DNA of 44,838 nucleotides from the NCBI RefSeq assembly GCF_001194135.2, contig NC_068988.1:27011346-27056183 (forward strand). Direction: 5' to 3'. The DNA is from Octopus bimaculoides. Taxonomy: Eukaryota. The position numbers and the translations under genes were made by a program. Positions 12,651 through 25,161 of this stretch are shown here, piece after piece (the stretch's first letter is position 1; each line of letters starts with the position of its first letter). The notes under the pieces were generated by a model. That model searched no databases, had not been told where the DNA came from, and saw only the letters and a program-made list of their open reading frames with translations.

Positions 12651-12845
12651 ATATATATTTAGGAGAATATACAAATAATAACAACAGACGAGGACAGGTG
12701 GTGTAAATAACAAAAGGATATATTAGAATGACGCCCAGGAATACGGAAAGTCTTTGACGTTTCGAGCTACGCTCTTCAACAGAAAGAATACGGAGACAAG
12801 GAGAAAAACACGGAGAAAAAAAATTGAATAGTGTTCAGTCAACGG
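12651..12845 (-). mobile_element. Hammerhead-bearing terminal fragment (Penelope-like) inserted in the internal (TA)n of a family B SINE
   Basis: A non-SINE segment containing the 12752-12786 motif separates the head (12506-12645) and tail (12938-13125) of one SINE. Its right end falls in a 10-N gap. Confidence 0.5.
12752..12786 (-). ncRNA. Minimal hammerhead-like motif with variant core
   Basis: Minus strand reads CTTT-CTGTTGA-A-GAGC-GTA-GCTC-GAAAC-GTC-AAAG: a 4-bp stem I, 4-bp stem II and ACGT palindromic stem III. The core has U at position 6 and an extra A after A9. Confidence 0.55.
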
Positions 12846-13679
12846 NNNNNNNNNNATGGATATATGCATGTGCGTGTATGTCCCTGTGCGTGTATGTCCC
12901 TGTGCGTGTATGTCCCTCTGTGTGTGTGTGTGTGTGTATCTGTGTTTGTCCCCCACCAGTGTTGATGTGTTTACGTAACTTAGTGGTCCTGCAAAAAGGG
13001 TCTGATATAATAAGTATTGGACTTTAAAAAAGTATTGGGGTCAAATTGTTCGACTAAACCCTTGAAGGTGGTGCCCCGGCATTGCCGCAGTCTAATAATT
13101 GTAGCAAGTTAATTGATAAAAAAGAAAAATTCCTCGGAATCCAATGAGTCGTTAACGACTTAGAAAATGGCGTGTCAATTCATTGCTAAACTCTCTTTCA
13201 ATGGATTTATGGTTAATCTTACTTTTAAAAATCTTATTTATTCACTTTCCTCACTTTTAATCCGTACTAATGCAGTAAATAATTGTAGTTCATAGAGCCG
13301 TTTGGCGTCTATTTCTAGCATGTGGCGCTATTCATTAGTCCCCTTATTATCATAATTATATTTATATAATTATATATACTTGTATATATGTATGTATATA
13401 TACATATGTATGTGTGTATGTATACATATGTATGTATGTATGTTTCTACGTGTTAATAATAGAAATGCATTTTAATTGAAAGTTATTTAAATTTCTGATG
13501 TAATATAATAAATAACATCTCAAGGAATTGGTAATTCTTTGAGTTGGCATCACTTAAATAATGGAGCTATTTTTCTAATAAAAACCTTTCTTTCAAAAGC
13601 TGGAATAGCTGAATATACAGAAACCTAAAACAGTTATGAGGTTCATTGAAAGAAGTGGAATAATCAGAGAATTGAAAGG

Positions 13680-14111
13680 AAAATACATGTAGAAGGAAAG
13701 AAGGGGAAGAGACAGCACGAGAGAAATGGGGAGGGGTGAAGTGGTGGGTGAGATGATGATAAAGGGACAGAGGAGACGGAATAGTAATTAAAATAAAGAC
13801 AGAGAGAGAAAAGGCTACAAAGAGAAATACGATGGATTGGAAATAGAAGAGAAGGAATGAGAGAGAATGAGAGTTAAAAGCATGAGATGAAAGTTAGAAA
13901 ACTAAATTCAAATAAAGAGCATTCTGTGAAAAAAAAAGCATACACAATGAAAGAGGTAGAGAGAGAAGGAGAGAGAGGGGGAAGGAGAGAGAGAAAGAAG
14001 ATGTGTAGGAATAAGTGAGAGAGAAAATAGAAGAAAATGAAAAGGAATAAAGCAAATATAAAAAGCAACTGTCTAGAAAAACAGCGAAAGATATCGAGTG
14101 AATCAGAGAAA

Positions 14112-14146
<35 letters not shown>

Positions 14147-14280
14147 CGAGAGAGAGAAAGAAATACGAAAAGAGAAATAGGATGAGAGCTACATATAAGA
14201 AGGAAACGAGAGGACGTTATAGGAAGAAAAGACAGAAAAGTTGGATAGACAGGGAAAAGAAGAGAAGTATAGATATAATA
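13680..14280. repeat. GA-rich low-complexity tract
   Basis: Strong purine strand bias with (GA)n runs and a central (TA)n. Confidence 0.85.
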
Positions 14281-15055
14281 TATGAGCCTGTCTTTATTTT
14301 TGTTCTTTTATTCTTATCTGATTAAATTTATTAGATTCCCGTGTGAAAATCAATGGTAAAGCATTGAACTGAGCCATTCATCTCTACTCAAAACAGGTTA
14401 CTTCGCTTGAACCATTGGCTTCTGACAGATATTAAACATATTTTAGCCAATATGCAGTTATGCACAACTGCCTTAAATACTGAGCATACAAAAGGAGATG
14501 GCGCAATTTAACTGCGCCGTATATTGGGTTGTACGTTTAACTATTGATTAGGGCCAGTTCTCTTTACGGACAACTTAATTTACGACTTTTCATCTTCAGA
14601 TATAATATCCGTACTATTTCATGTTTTGATATTATTAACCATTATTGAACAACATAAGGAAGTGAGTAGTTCTGCACCAGAGAATTGGATAAAGAAACTA
14701 AAGCGTGGAGAGATCGAAAGCAAACAGTCTAATTCTTCCTCTCATAATTTTGTAACGCGAAAGATATTAAATAGAAGAGAGATAGTAACATTTGTCTATT
14801 CGAATTACGCAAGGATTACTTGTAGTAATTGCTTTAATCGTGTCTACTAACATAGTAGAACATTGGATTACATATCATGTAGCTTTTACTTTCATTGCTC
14901 TCTGTTGCAATCTCAAATCTGGTTTATGTGTATTTTGACGTTTTATCTGGACTGGATTTAATAAATATATCAGTCATATCCGGATATGCTTTATCTCTTG
15001 TTTGCTTAACATTAGGGAGACAAAACAAATGAATTATTGAGATTCGCATTATATA

Positions 15056-15096
<41 letters not shown>

Positions 15097-16549
15097 NNNN
15101 NNNNNNNNNNNNNNNNNNNNNNNNNNNNNNNNNNNNNNNNNNNNNNNNNNNNNNNNNNNNNNNNNNNNNNNNNNNNNNNNNNNNNNNNNNNNNNNNNNNN
15201 NNNNNNNNNNNNNNNNNNNNNNNNNNNNNNNNNNNNNNNNNNNNNNNNNNNNNNNNNNNNNNNNNNNNNNNNNNNNNNNNNNNNNNNNNNNNNNNNNNNN
15301 NNNNNNNNNNNNNNNNNNNNNNNNNNNNNNNNNNNNNNNNNNNNNNNNNNNNNNNNNNNNNNNNNNNNNNNNNNNNNNNNNNNNNNNNNNNNNNNNNNNN
15401 NNNNNNNNNNNNNNNNNNNNNNNNNNNNNNNNNNNNNNNNNNNNNNNNNNNNNNNNNNNNNNNNNNNNNNNNNNNNNNNNNNNNNNNNNNNNNNNNNNNN
15501 NNNNNNNNNNNNNNNNNNNNNNNNNNNNNNNNNNNNNNNNNNNNNNNNNNNNNNNNNNNNNNNNNNNNNNNNNNNNNNNNNNNNNNNNNNNNNNNNNNNN
15601 NNNNNNNNNNNNNNNNNNNNNNNNNNNNNNNNNNNNNNNNNNNNNNNNNNNNNNNNNNNNNNNNNNNNNNNNNNNNNNNNNNNNNNNNNNNNNNNNNNNN
15701 NNNNNNNNNNNNNNNNNNNNNNNNNNNNNNNNNNNNNNNNNNNNNNNNNNNNATATATATATATATATATATATATACCAACTCAGTTTCGAGCAATCCC
15801 ATGACTTGATTGTTCTCTTAATGCAACAAGAATATGGCTTTCAGTTCTGCTACTGACCTACACTCTTTTACATAGATGTGACAATGATGTCACAGCAGGT
15901 GTTCAGAGTATTGACGTATTCTTCATGCAGTATTTTGCCTTTTTTGACTACGGCCAGTAGTCAAAAATGGTATGCAACACATAGTAGCGCAACACATAAT
16001 AGTGACGTTAAAAATCAAGCGATGCATGCATAGATATACACATATGCATATCACATATGCATACACACACAGACGTGTGTGTGTGTTAATTGTTAGCAAG
16101 GACACAGTATTTCGTTTTGCAGCCAAGTATACTACCAAGTATATTAAAGGTTTACAAGTTAAATTTGTGCCTTGTTTTTGTGTTAGCAGTGCAATGCTCT
16201 CATTTTTAGGTTTATTTCTACTGCTTTTCGGAATAATTCAGAGCCACCACTGAAAGATATGTTTCATATGCGAATACTTGTATACGAACAATGCGATCGA
16301 AGATAGAAAAAATAGGTAATTGGTGTACATACGTATTTCAAGTGTAATTGCTCTTTCATCACTACCAAATCCAACTCATCAACTATCTACTAATGCTTAA
16401 ATATCCATCCACTAATATTAGTGATGCAACACTGTTGGATAGACCAATTTACATATTGAACATATCCCTGGCAGATGATACGTAGATATTAATTGCCAGC
16501 AAGGATACGGTATTTCGTTTTGCAACCATAATATACCGCCAAGTACATT

Positions 16550-16743
16550 GGTTTCAAATTTTGGCACAGACCAGCAGTTCGAAGGGGGGGCTAAGTCGAT
16601 TACATCCACCCAGTGTTGAACTAGTACTTATTTTATCAAACCTCGAAAGGATGAAAGGCAAAGTCGACCTCGACAAAACTTGAACTCAGAACGTAAGATA
16701 AGCATTTCGCCCGGAGTTATTACGATTCTCCCAGCTCACCGCC
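16550..16743 (-). mobile_element. SINE family A
   Basis: GGTTTCAAATTTTGGCACA..AAGGATGAAAGGCAAAGTCGACCTCG..TTGAACTCAGAACGT..CCAGCTCACCGCC. Confidence 0.9.
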
Positions 16744-17325
16744 TTATATATTACTAAATACATTAATATTTAATAGAGAATTGATGAGGGATTATAATGA
16801 CAGAACATGTCCACAACCGTCATTTTGCGAAGTAACAAAAATCAGATTCCTACAACCACCACAAGCTTAATAAATTAATTTTTTGTGAAATTAATTCTTA
16901 ATGTCTGGAAATTTATGTCTTTGAAAGTCGCTAACAATTTCAACGAGGCTTTGCTTTTGTTTTTTTAAGAGGTAAATTTAAATTCATTTGCAATTTTTGT
17001 GTATTAAATTATTAAATCATCGCCATCTTGCATTATCTAAATGCATTAAGTTGTGCTTATATAAAAGAAAAATATTTATTTGTGTTCAAGTAAGAGAGTT
17101 ATTACTATTAAAGTGTTTACTTTATTATTTCAGGCCCTCTAGATCAAAGAAATTGATGATTCGCTGAGCGTGAACATAGATAATGAGAAAGAAAGAGTAA
17201 GTAGAAGTTCTAATGAAAAAATAATGAACAAATGTTTAATGTGAGATGAAATTCAATATTTTTAGCAACAAGAGAGGTGAATGTTTGAATAGATTTGATC
17301 TTGAGATGCACAAAGTTAATTATCG

Positions 17326-17846
17326 TTTATCTATTGCTTGTTTCAATCACTGGGCTGCGGCCATGCTGAAACACTGCCTTGAAGGGACTTAGTCCAACAA
17401 ATTCACACCAGTACTTATATGTTTCGAGAGGGTTTTTTTTCTTTTAAAGTCTGATACTTATTCTAACGGTTCTCTTCTGCCGAAACGATGAGTTACGGGG
17501 ACGTAAGCAAACCTATACCAGTTGTCAAGCGGTGATGGGTAACAAACATTGACATGCACACATATACATACACACACACACATACACACACGTATCTATA
17601 TGTGTATGTATATAATAATAAATAATAAATTCTCGTATATTCCATCCTCCGTCTTTCATTTGCCATATTATATATAAGTACTCACGGTGGGGTGGGCCTC
17701 AACACAGTTGCCTTCTACTCACTACCTCACAAGGCTTTGGTCGGTCCGGTGCTGTAGTAAACCATACTTGCCCAAGGTGCCACGTTGTTGGACTGAACTT
17801 GAAATCACGTGGCTTGAAAGCGAGCTTCTCAGCCACGCAGCATACG
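17326..17846 (-). mobile_element. SINE family B, near full length
   Basis: TTGTTTCA..GCTGCGGCCATGCTG..GTTACGGGGACGTAA..GTTGTCAAGCG, then a (CA)n/(TA)n spacer, then CACAAGGCTTTGGTCGGTCCGG..CTTGCCCAAGGTGCCACG..GACTGAAC. Confidence 0.85.
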
Positions 17847-18540
17847 TGATTCAGTTTATCCATTGATGCTATTATAGTCTAAGAATCGGGGGATTACAGC
17901 GTCTCACTAAGACGATTTTTAACGATTATATTATCATCAGAAGATACCATTATAGAAATATCATTGAAGATTGTTCATATCTTAAATTTATCGAGTGGAA
18001 ATGTGTTATCTGTGAGTTAACCATGTGTAGGAATGGTGTGTTTTATCATAGCGTTTTCATGAAATGAGTAACAATTGTGTATAAATAGTGTTGCATAAGA
18101 TTTTCTTATCATTCCGTCACCGTCATTGTAAGATTTTTGTTCACGAATGCTGTGTGTGATTATATGATGCTTTGCCTACATTGAGTTGGTTAATATTTGT
18201 ACGTAGAAACATGTAATCAAGTGTAAAATCGCTTGCCAAGGACTGTCTGTGGTTAGAAGAAACAGATTATGCTTGTTCAGAGGAGAAATTGCTGTATAAG
18301 AGATATGACCTAATAATGAAGTATGACATAATTAACAGAAAAGCAATTAGTAACACTGTATTTTGAATGTTTTTTTCTATTGCTGGAGATTTTGTAACTG
18401 AATTTAAATAATATGACAATAGTGAATCTAAAAGCGACAATAATTTTATTCTATATGTTCAGCTTTTTCAACTACACCTGTATTTGATAAAAAAATCTTG
18501 TCACGTTATAAAAGCTAAAAAGAGTCTGAGACCTTTTTTC

Positions 18541-18890
18541 CCATCTTCCATCAATATCTTAATGGAACATTTCCTCTTATTTATCACTACTCTTCATAAT
18601 TCTGAAAGAAATAATCCAGATGCGCTCCGAGAGTCTTAAAACTCCGTATCACTTCAACGAAGCACACGTTTTCTGAACATCGGTAGTTTTCAAGAAAATT
18701 ATTCTCCTCTGATATGAAGGATTGCCATGCTTTCCTCTCTTTCTCTCATTAATCTTAAGAACTATTCATCCTTCATTAGGCTTCTAATCTGATGGCCAAC
18801 AAAATGCCTGCATACAATTTTGCATTACTGACCTATGGAAATTTCTGTTTTGAAAACATATGCGGGTCTTGCTTTATTAATGGCCTTGAC
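18541..18890 (-). pseudogene. Decayed DNA-transposon transposase C-terminal fragment, Chapaev3-like (CMC group)
   Basis: With frameshifts: VKAINKARPAY..KQKFP*VSNAKLYAGIFVGHQIRSLMKDE..AWQSFISEENNFLENYR..KTLGAHLDYF..SDK*EEMFH*DI.GRW. This matches the GIFVGPQIR / AW.SF..V..NFLGN / HLDFFP / SDE.GERFHQDI..GRW series. Homology is strong; the superfamily name is from memory. Confidence 0.7.
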
Positions 18891-21256
18891 GGCAATATCA
18901 ACGGATCGGTTATAATCGATCCGTCGTTATATGCTGCGATGAAGTGATAGATTTGACAGGAAATTTCAATTCAGTACTTCAAAAGAGATGACTCGAAAGC
19001 GAGCAGGTTCAGAGGAAGGTTCTTGTGCCAGACGAGGTTCAAGACTTTCTCCATATAAAATGATATAACACTATTTTTCAAAGGTATTTGCAGGAGCAAG
19101 GGATGAATTGTGCGTGTCGTTAGAAAGTGGGTTCCAGGTCGACTTCATTGTATGAAATGTGTAAAAGTGACTATTACATTAGGAAAGAGACTGCAAGTGA
19201 TATGATACGCTAACTCTAACAAATGTGAAATTTTGCGCAATCAGTTCAGCCCTGATCTAAAACAGGGGAATGATCGAAAACATTCTAACTATGATCTCTT
19301 ATTTCTTTATAGTCATAATGTTTCTAGGGTTGTATAATCTAATGGGGTTTTTTCCTAAGTGTCAGTTGCTATTTCTAGCAAGTTTATTGACTTTACCATG
19401 AAAGCTCCGTTGATTGGAGAATACTTTTTATGTGATCCCTTCTGAGTATTGTAGTGTGTTTTATTTTATTTTATTTCGTTTTAGTGTGACTTTGCTCCTT
19501 TCGTTTTTGTGAGTACTGCGGCCATACTAGTCTTTGGTCTAACACAATTTAGTTCCTTTGCCAACAAGATGTGTAAGAATATAGAGCGAGAAACCTTGAC
19601 ATTTCATTACTCAGATGTCTGATGGGAGAGGTTGAAACACATTTTCTCTCCATATTAGGCAGTACAGAATCGGTGGTGGACTAATTACTTGAAATTCTAA
19701 CCACTACCACATTGACTCCTTAGCTGTCCCCCACTTCCTCTCCCTAGATTCTCTTCCCTCGCACCTCCCACATCTCTCAATCGTTGCTATTACCTCTTCA
19801 TTCATACCTTGACCTCTACAAAATACCCTATTCATTCCTTCTCCAATTTTGTCAACCATTACTTGAACACACTCAACTGAATTATCATTGTCCAAATCGT
19901 CAAGTTTTCTATTCCACACAACCGAACTTAGGGACACTTCATAAGCTCCACTGGCTCTATCTGTTATAGGGAGGTGTCTTGATAACAAAGCGTATATATG
20001 ATCTTATAGGGCCATATACGGTAACGTCAGCGAATAGATATTGAAATAACCACCTACATATCATATTCATTGAATACATACTATCAATAGGCCACTTAGT
20101 GTAGTATTTGTTCAGAGATAACATCTTAAAGATTTGCTGTATTAAAAATATCAAAAACACAATATTAGAGAGAGCAAGTGGAAATTCGTCCCAGCAGCGA
20201 CCAGCGAGAGCACTAGATGCATTTCACTCCTTGGAGCTTTTTTTAGTGGCGCGTACACGCAACCATCTACATACTTAGACGATATAGGAAAACGTAGATA
20301 AAAATTTCATAGTTGCTATTAGACACTTGTCTTTCTGATATTCATTGTACTTTTAATGCATCGATTCCATAAGAGATGCTATCTCAAGACAAATATAGCA
20401 GCATCTGAACCTTCGACAGTCTGTATGCATTAAATGTGATACGTAGGTGACTATTTTAATTAAATGCTGTCTCAATCACCTATACCGGAATAGATATTGA
20501 CTTTGTTGTTGAGAGCGAGGGTTAGTCAAGCATAATAGATTAAAAGTGGATGATGAAATTTAATGTTGTAAAAGTGCAGAATTTCAAACATGTCGGGATT
20601 CTAAATGATCAGATTTCATATGGGGTGGTGATTGAAAGAGCTAAAATGAAATGTGTATAATGGTGTACACCAAGGTCAATGACTTTCGAAAAGGAGCAGA
20701 CAGGATATAATTTGCCCGCAATGCGCCATAAAAGATCATTGAATGGAGTGGATGGAGAAATTTCTGAAAATGATAGAAGCAGAAAATAAAAGGAGAGGAA
20801 TAAGAAAGTCTTTCAACAAAATAACTAGATGTCGCTGTTGCTGTTGCTAACTTCCAGGTAAATAAAATGAGATGTGGAGAGGCTGTATTCACCGCAGCTA
20901 CAGTTAGCAGGGTTTTGAGAGAGAATAATAAGAACGGCTTATTTATCTTAATACTACTTAACGTCATTTCGTCTTTCCTAATAAAACGAAATATTTCAGA
21001 CGGCTTACACGACTAACAGCAAAGATACAGCAGCTGCCATGTTTCTCATGTACATCTGCAAAGTGTTAAAATATTGTCACGGTTATAAAGTAAATGGTGA
21101 CAGAGTAAATATAATGTCATTCTGCTTGGTCGTTGTATAAAACATAATTACCAATGGCTTAATTTATACAGATAGAGAGAGAGGGAGCGAGAGACAGAGA
21201 CAGACAGACAGAAGGTTTGGTAGAATTAACAAGATAAATAGAACTCAAAAGAAAAC

Positions 21257-21320
<64 letters not shown>
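21257..21320. repeat. (GATA)n microsatellite
   Basis: Direct reading; it abuts the MITE. Confidence 0.99.
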
Positions 21321-21321
<1 letters not shown>

Positions 21322-21562
21322 GGGCTGGCCAAAAGTCACCCAACGATAAATCAAAATTCCATGAACATTTAATATTCAATTTAATCTATTCTTTCCCATT
21401 ATGAATGTTTAATAATTGAATACTCTGAGTAAAAATCACCGTTCTTCTTTTTTCAACATTTCTTTATTTATTAGCGAAGTCTCATATAAAATAATTTCTT
21501 TTGTTTTCATCTTGGAATTATATAGGTTTAGATTTACTGTCAGGTGCCTTTAGCCAACCCTG
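21320..21562. mobile_element. Tc1/mariner-type MITE (243 bp)
   Basis: Imperfect terminal inverted repeats GAGGGCTGGCCAAAAGTCACC (21320-40) and GGTGCCTTTAGCCAACCCTG (21543-62). TA flanks both sides (21318-19, 21563-64) and the interior is AT-rich and non-coding. Confidence 0.6.
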
Positions 21563-22260
21563 TATACATATGTATATATATACATATAGAATATTATAGT
21601 ATATTATATTAATATATATATATATATANNNNNNNNNNNNNNNNNNNNNNNNNNNNNNNNNNNNNNNNNNNNNNNNNNNNNNNNNNNNNNNNNNNNNNNN
21701 NNNNNNNNNNNNNNNNNNNNNNNNNNNNNNNNNNNNNNNNNNNNNNNNNNNNNNNNNNNNNNNNNNNNNNNNNNNNNNNNNNNNNNNNNNNNNNNNNNNN
21801 NNNNNNNNNNNNNNNNNNNNNNNNNNNNNNNNNNNNNNNNNNNNNNNNNNNNNNNNNNNNNNNNNNNNNNNNNNNNNNNNNNNNNNNNNNNNNNNNNNNN
21901 NNNNNNNNNNNNNNNNNNNNNNNNNNNNNNNNNNNNNNNNNNNNNNNNNATATTTATATGTATATATATACATATAGAATATTATAGTATATTATATTAA
22001 TATATATATATATATATATACGTCTTGCATAAACTTATCCAAGTACAGACAAAATGTTTATTGTTCAATTATTTTCAGTAAATGGGTTCATATTTTTATA
22101 GCAGAAGGTGAAATATCGAAGCAAAGATATTTGCAGACATTTATTTATTCTACTAAACGTTAGAAGTGAAAGTTTTAACGAGAAAGGAATGAGATTTGTA
22201 ATGTGCTGTAATGTTATGTAGCTATGGCTTCACATTTATGTATAGAGAGATAGTGAGTTA

Positions 22261-22336
<76 letters not shown>

Positions 22337-22430
22337 TGTGTATGTGTGTGTGCGTGTGTGAGTGTGTGTGTGCGTGTGAGTGTACGTGTGTTTGTGTGCT
22401 TCTGTATGTATGTATATGTATATATATATT

Positions 22431-22466
<36 letters not shown>

Positions 22467-22501
22467 TATATACAGACAGACATATATACAGACAGACAGA
22501 C

Positions 22502-22558
<57 letters not shown>

Positions 22559-22875
22559 TACAGACAGACAGACAAAGTGAGAGAGAAAGGGGCACAGACA
22601 AGTGTACATGTAGACACACGGATAGACAGACAGACAGACAGACAGACAGAAAGATAGATAGATAGATAGAGAGAGACAGACAGAGAGAGACTAACAAACA
22701 GATACACAGATTGACGGATAAAAATATAGTGAGACAAACAAGGAGACAGACAGTCAGACAAACAGACATATACAGACAGACGTATAGACAGACAGACCGA
22801 CAGACAGACAGATACACAGACAGGCCGACAGACAGACAGATAGATAGATAGATAGATAGATATACAGACAGACAA
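22261..22875. repeat. (GT)n followed by long degenerate (GATA/GACA)n
   Basis: Direct reading; it explains the YLSI/CLSV ORFs. Confidence 0.97.
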
Positions 22876-23360
22876 ACAAGCAGGTGATGGGTAGATATCC
22901 GAACCTGTGCAAACGAACTACATACGAGTTAGCTATGATTGTTAATTCTGAAGGAGAAGACTTGATTGATACAACTCACACACCTCTTATATAACAGTAA
23001 TATTATATCCATATATGGTATTGTGTTTTCTGTATGAAAATATACTTTGCCGTTCTTTAACTTGCTACTTGAACTCCGCCAAGTTAGATACAGTAATAGA
23101 GATTGCATATATTGTATTTAGTAGGCTCTGGTTGTATCACTTTTCTTTGTGTCCCCACTTAATATGTGCGTGGGGGGGGGTGTTCGTGTGTGTGTGTGTG
23201 TGTGTGTATTTGCGTGTTACAAAATATATATAATTTCGCAATCATCCGAATATGACAATCGAGTGTATCACAATTACACTTTAGATATTTTCCAAAATTT
23301 TTTGGTAATTTATTGATAGCACAGAAACGACATCATATTCAAGTCGAAATCATTATCACC

Positions 23361-23419
<59 letters not shown>
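23361..23419. repeat. (AGT)n microsatellite
   Basis: Direct reading. Confidence 0.99.
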
Positions 23420-23630
23420 CCACAAAATGGCTAAGGGGAGGTCGATTACTTCCAATGCGTAGCTGATATTTTCGTATATCGCCCTCGGAGGGATGAAAGG
23501 CGCTTCTATTCTTTTTGTACAAGGCTGTCACATCCACTTACCGAATGGGTTACATTGTTCCACATTCTTTTCACAGAGTCAGCATTGTTTTAATCCAAAA
23601 AAATTACATGTTGACACTCACGGGGTCTGA

Positions 23631-23721
23631 TAGTACTACCATGTAAAATTTGATTTGATTTGGTTGAGCCGTTTGAGAATGCATTGGGAACATAAAGACA
23701 AAGGATTTTATATATATAGAT
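23631..23721 (+). mobile_element. Possible non-autonomous Helitron/Helentron-like 3' end
   Basis: CCATGTAAAATTTG..TTGGTTGAGCCGTTT....TTTTATATATATAGAT resembles the ends of such elements. This is pattern resemblance only. Confidence 0.3.
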
Positions 23722-23811
23722 AGATTATAATATGCGTAAAGTGACTCTGTGAGACCTCTCACAACAGGGTGCTGTTTGCTCTCACAGAATCAGCCAGAGC
23801 GAACAAGATTG

Positions 23812-24850
23812 AGCGTTCTGATCGTTTTTACCTACCCAGATCTCAAGGAGGTCAAGGCTTGATCCAATTTGAAATCTCTTACAAAGCCACCAGAATTGGA
23901 CTGGCAACATATCTTGAAGCATCTAACGACTGGATGCTAAAACTCGTTGGAAACGTAAGAAGCTTCATTCTATTTGAAAACTATGAAATACATAAGAATC
24001 TTCACTCTGTTATGAAAGAGAACAAAATTTTTTCAAGTGAGTTTGTGCAGAATACCCAGATTGAACAGCATGACGGAAGTGCGGCAACTGTAGTTGCAAA
24101 GAAGGTGAAATCGATAGCAAAGCAAAATGCGTTTGAACAATTGGCTGATAGGTGGGAACAAAAACCTCTGCATGACAAATATGTAGCCCGTAACAAACAA
24201 GCTGATTTAGACCAGAAGCACGTTCATCTGTGGCTACGGAGATCAGGGCTAAAGAGAGAGAGTGAAGGTTTTATATTGGCTGCTCAAGATCAGAGCTTAT
24301 TGACCCGGAACTATCAAACCAATGTAATGAAAATTGGTGTAGACCCAAAGTGCCGATACTGCAACGAAGGGATTGAAACAGTGGATCGCTTAATCCCCGG
24401 GTTAACGGTTTTAGCATCTATAGAGTTCAAATCAAGACATGACAGAGTTAGCCAATATCTAAATTGTCGGTATTACAAAATCAAAACTCCTGACAAATGG
24501 TAGAAGCACCGCCCTGAAGGAGAAACTGTAACTATTCTTTGAGACTTTCCAATATGTACAGACCGGACAGTCAAGGCAAATAAGCCAGATATTGTTGTGA
24601 AAGACCAAGACAATAAAGTCCGTTTATTGATTGATTGACATGAGCATAACCTGTGACCATAATATCTCGGCAAAAGAATATAAAAAGATTTGCTGGTCGA
24701 AATCTAAAAGATGCGGCATCTCAAGACGGTTACAATACCAATGGTTGTAGGAAAACTTGGAATGATCAAAAACGGGACATTCATGCAAGAAGTGCAAAAG
24801 ATTGTCTTAACTGGTACGTCACGCGTACTGAGAAGAGCATTGTAGCTGTG
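23812..24850 (+). mobile_element. 5'-truncated, decayed R4/Dong-like non-LTR retrotransposon (post-RT region, CCHC, restriction-like endonuclease)
   Basis: ORF 23769-24503 contains DRFYLPRSQGGQGL, WEQKPLH, WLRRSGLKRESEGFILAAQDQSLLTRNY and a degenerate CCHC knuckle KCRYCNEGIETVDRLIPGL. It continues through stops and frameshifts into KANKPDIVVKD...LLID (PD..D nuclease) and QEVQKIVLTGTSRVLRRAL. A T-rich tract follows to about 24950. Confidence 0.9.
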
Positions 24851-25073
24851 AATTTTCTTTCCCTTTTTCTCTTTTATTTTCTTTGTTTACTTTTTTATTT
24901 TTTTATTTTTTCCTTTTTCTCTTTGTCTTTCTTCCCATTTTTTATCTAACACATGGCTTCGTAAATTAACAATCTGGTGTGTTTATTTTAATTGCCTACC
25001 AATGTATACAGTGCGTCTCTCTGCCCTAGATATCAGGACAGAGACTTGGCAAAGAAGTGGAAACAGAATTGAA

Positions 25074-25129
25074 AGAAGAAGAAGAAGAAGAAGAAGAAGA
25101 AGAAGAAGAAGAAGAAGAAGAAGAAGAAG

Positions 25130-25161
<32 letters not shown>

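Larger units (their letters stand above)
12506..13125 (+). mobile_element. SINE family B (octopus OR-like, tRNA head, CORE-like body, internal microsatellite, 3' module), interrupted
   Basis: Head 12506-12645 (GTCCCACTGTGTGGCAC..GCCTCGGGCCGAC..GATTTGGTAG..AAACTGAA) and 3' module 12938-13125 (TGTTTGTCCCC..CGTAACTTAG..ATAAGTA..GCCGCAGTC). The order matches the copies at 17326 and 26199. Confidence 0.7.

Noticed and set aside
15941-15967. 11-bp perfect hairpin TTTTTGACTAC-GGCCA-GTAGTCAAAAA
   Set aside because: It is too short for a pre-miRNA, and five of its pairs are A/T homopolymer.
21570-22020. ~55-bp sequence repeated on both sides of the 21629-21949 gap
   Set aside because: Identical contig ends across a gap most likely reflect unmerged overlap in the assembly.
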